NCBI GenBank assembly: GCA_964035545.1
Contig: OZ037766.1
Coordinates: 32,912,773 to 32,976,772, forward strand
Direction: 5' to 3'
From: Bugula neritina
Taxonomy: Eukaryota > Animalia > Bryozoa
DNA: 64,000 nt
Below, in pieces: positions 63,708 through 64,000 of this stretch (the stretch's first letter is position 1; each line of letters begins with the position of its first letter). The notes beneath the pieces are model-generated. The model saw nothing but the letters and a program-made list of their open reading frames with translations, ran no database searches and was not told where the DNA came from. The position numbers were made by a program, and so were the translations under genes.

Positions 63708-64000
63708 CTATGTGAGGTGACATACTGTACTATGTGAGGTGACATACTGTACTATGTGAGGTAACATACAGTACTATGTGAGGTAACATACTGTACTATG
63801 TGAGGTAACATACAGTACTATGTGAGGTAACATACAGTACTGTGTGAGGTAACATACTGTACTGTGTGAGGTGACATACTGTACTATGTGAGGTAACATA
63901 CTGTACTATGTGAGGTAACATACTGTACTATGTGAGGTAACATACTGTACTATGTGAGGTAACATACAGTACTATGTGAGGTAACATACAGTACTATGTG
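63708..64000. repeat. 22-bp minisatellite, fry intron (runs off the window)
   Basis: (TATGTGAGGTAACATACTGTAC)n. Confidence 0.95.

Overview
AT-rich, spliced (GT-AG) invertebrate animal genomic DNA; no prokaryotic features. The left ~37 kb is a repeat- and transposon-rich block that looks like an innate-immunity locus. It holds (i) a 7-exon minus-strand gene, assembled by hand, for a ~1008-aa protein in which ~16-17 unusually long (39-aa) ankyrin repeats from one 2.1-kb exon replace the usual CARD/DED prodomain on an apparently intact caspase (THG...QACAG); (ii) divergently oriented to it, two intronless paralogous zinc-dependent deaminases of the AID/APOBEC type (HTE...IYSYYIPC-x9-C), one with an in-frame stop near its N-terminus; and (iii) two tandem 7-exon genes for secreted NHL-type beta-propeller proteins whose differences cluster in predicted ligand-face loops. 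A dispersed duplicated segment brackets the caspase/deaminase block, and remnants of hAT, pogo-like, LINE and MITE elements are present. The right ~26 kb is the 3' part (43 phase-consistent exons) of a Furry (FRY/MOR2/Tao3) orthologue on the minus strand. About two thirds of its introns are filled with intron-specific mini- or microsatellites, many built from the splice donor itself. Nearly all long ORFs in the supplied track that lie in these repeats are artefacts. All family assignments come from motif recognition by eye; no database search was run.
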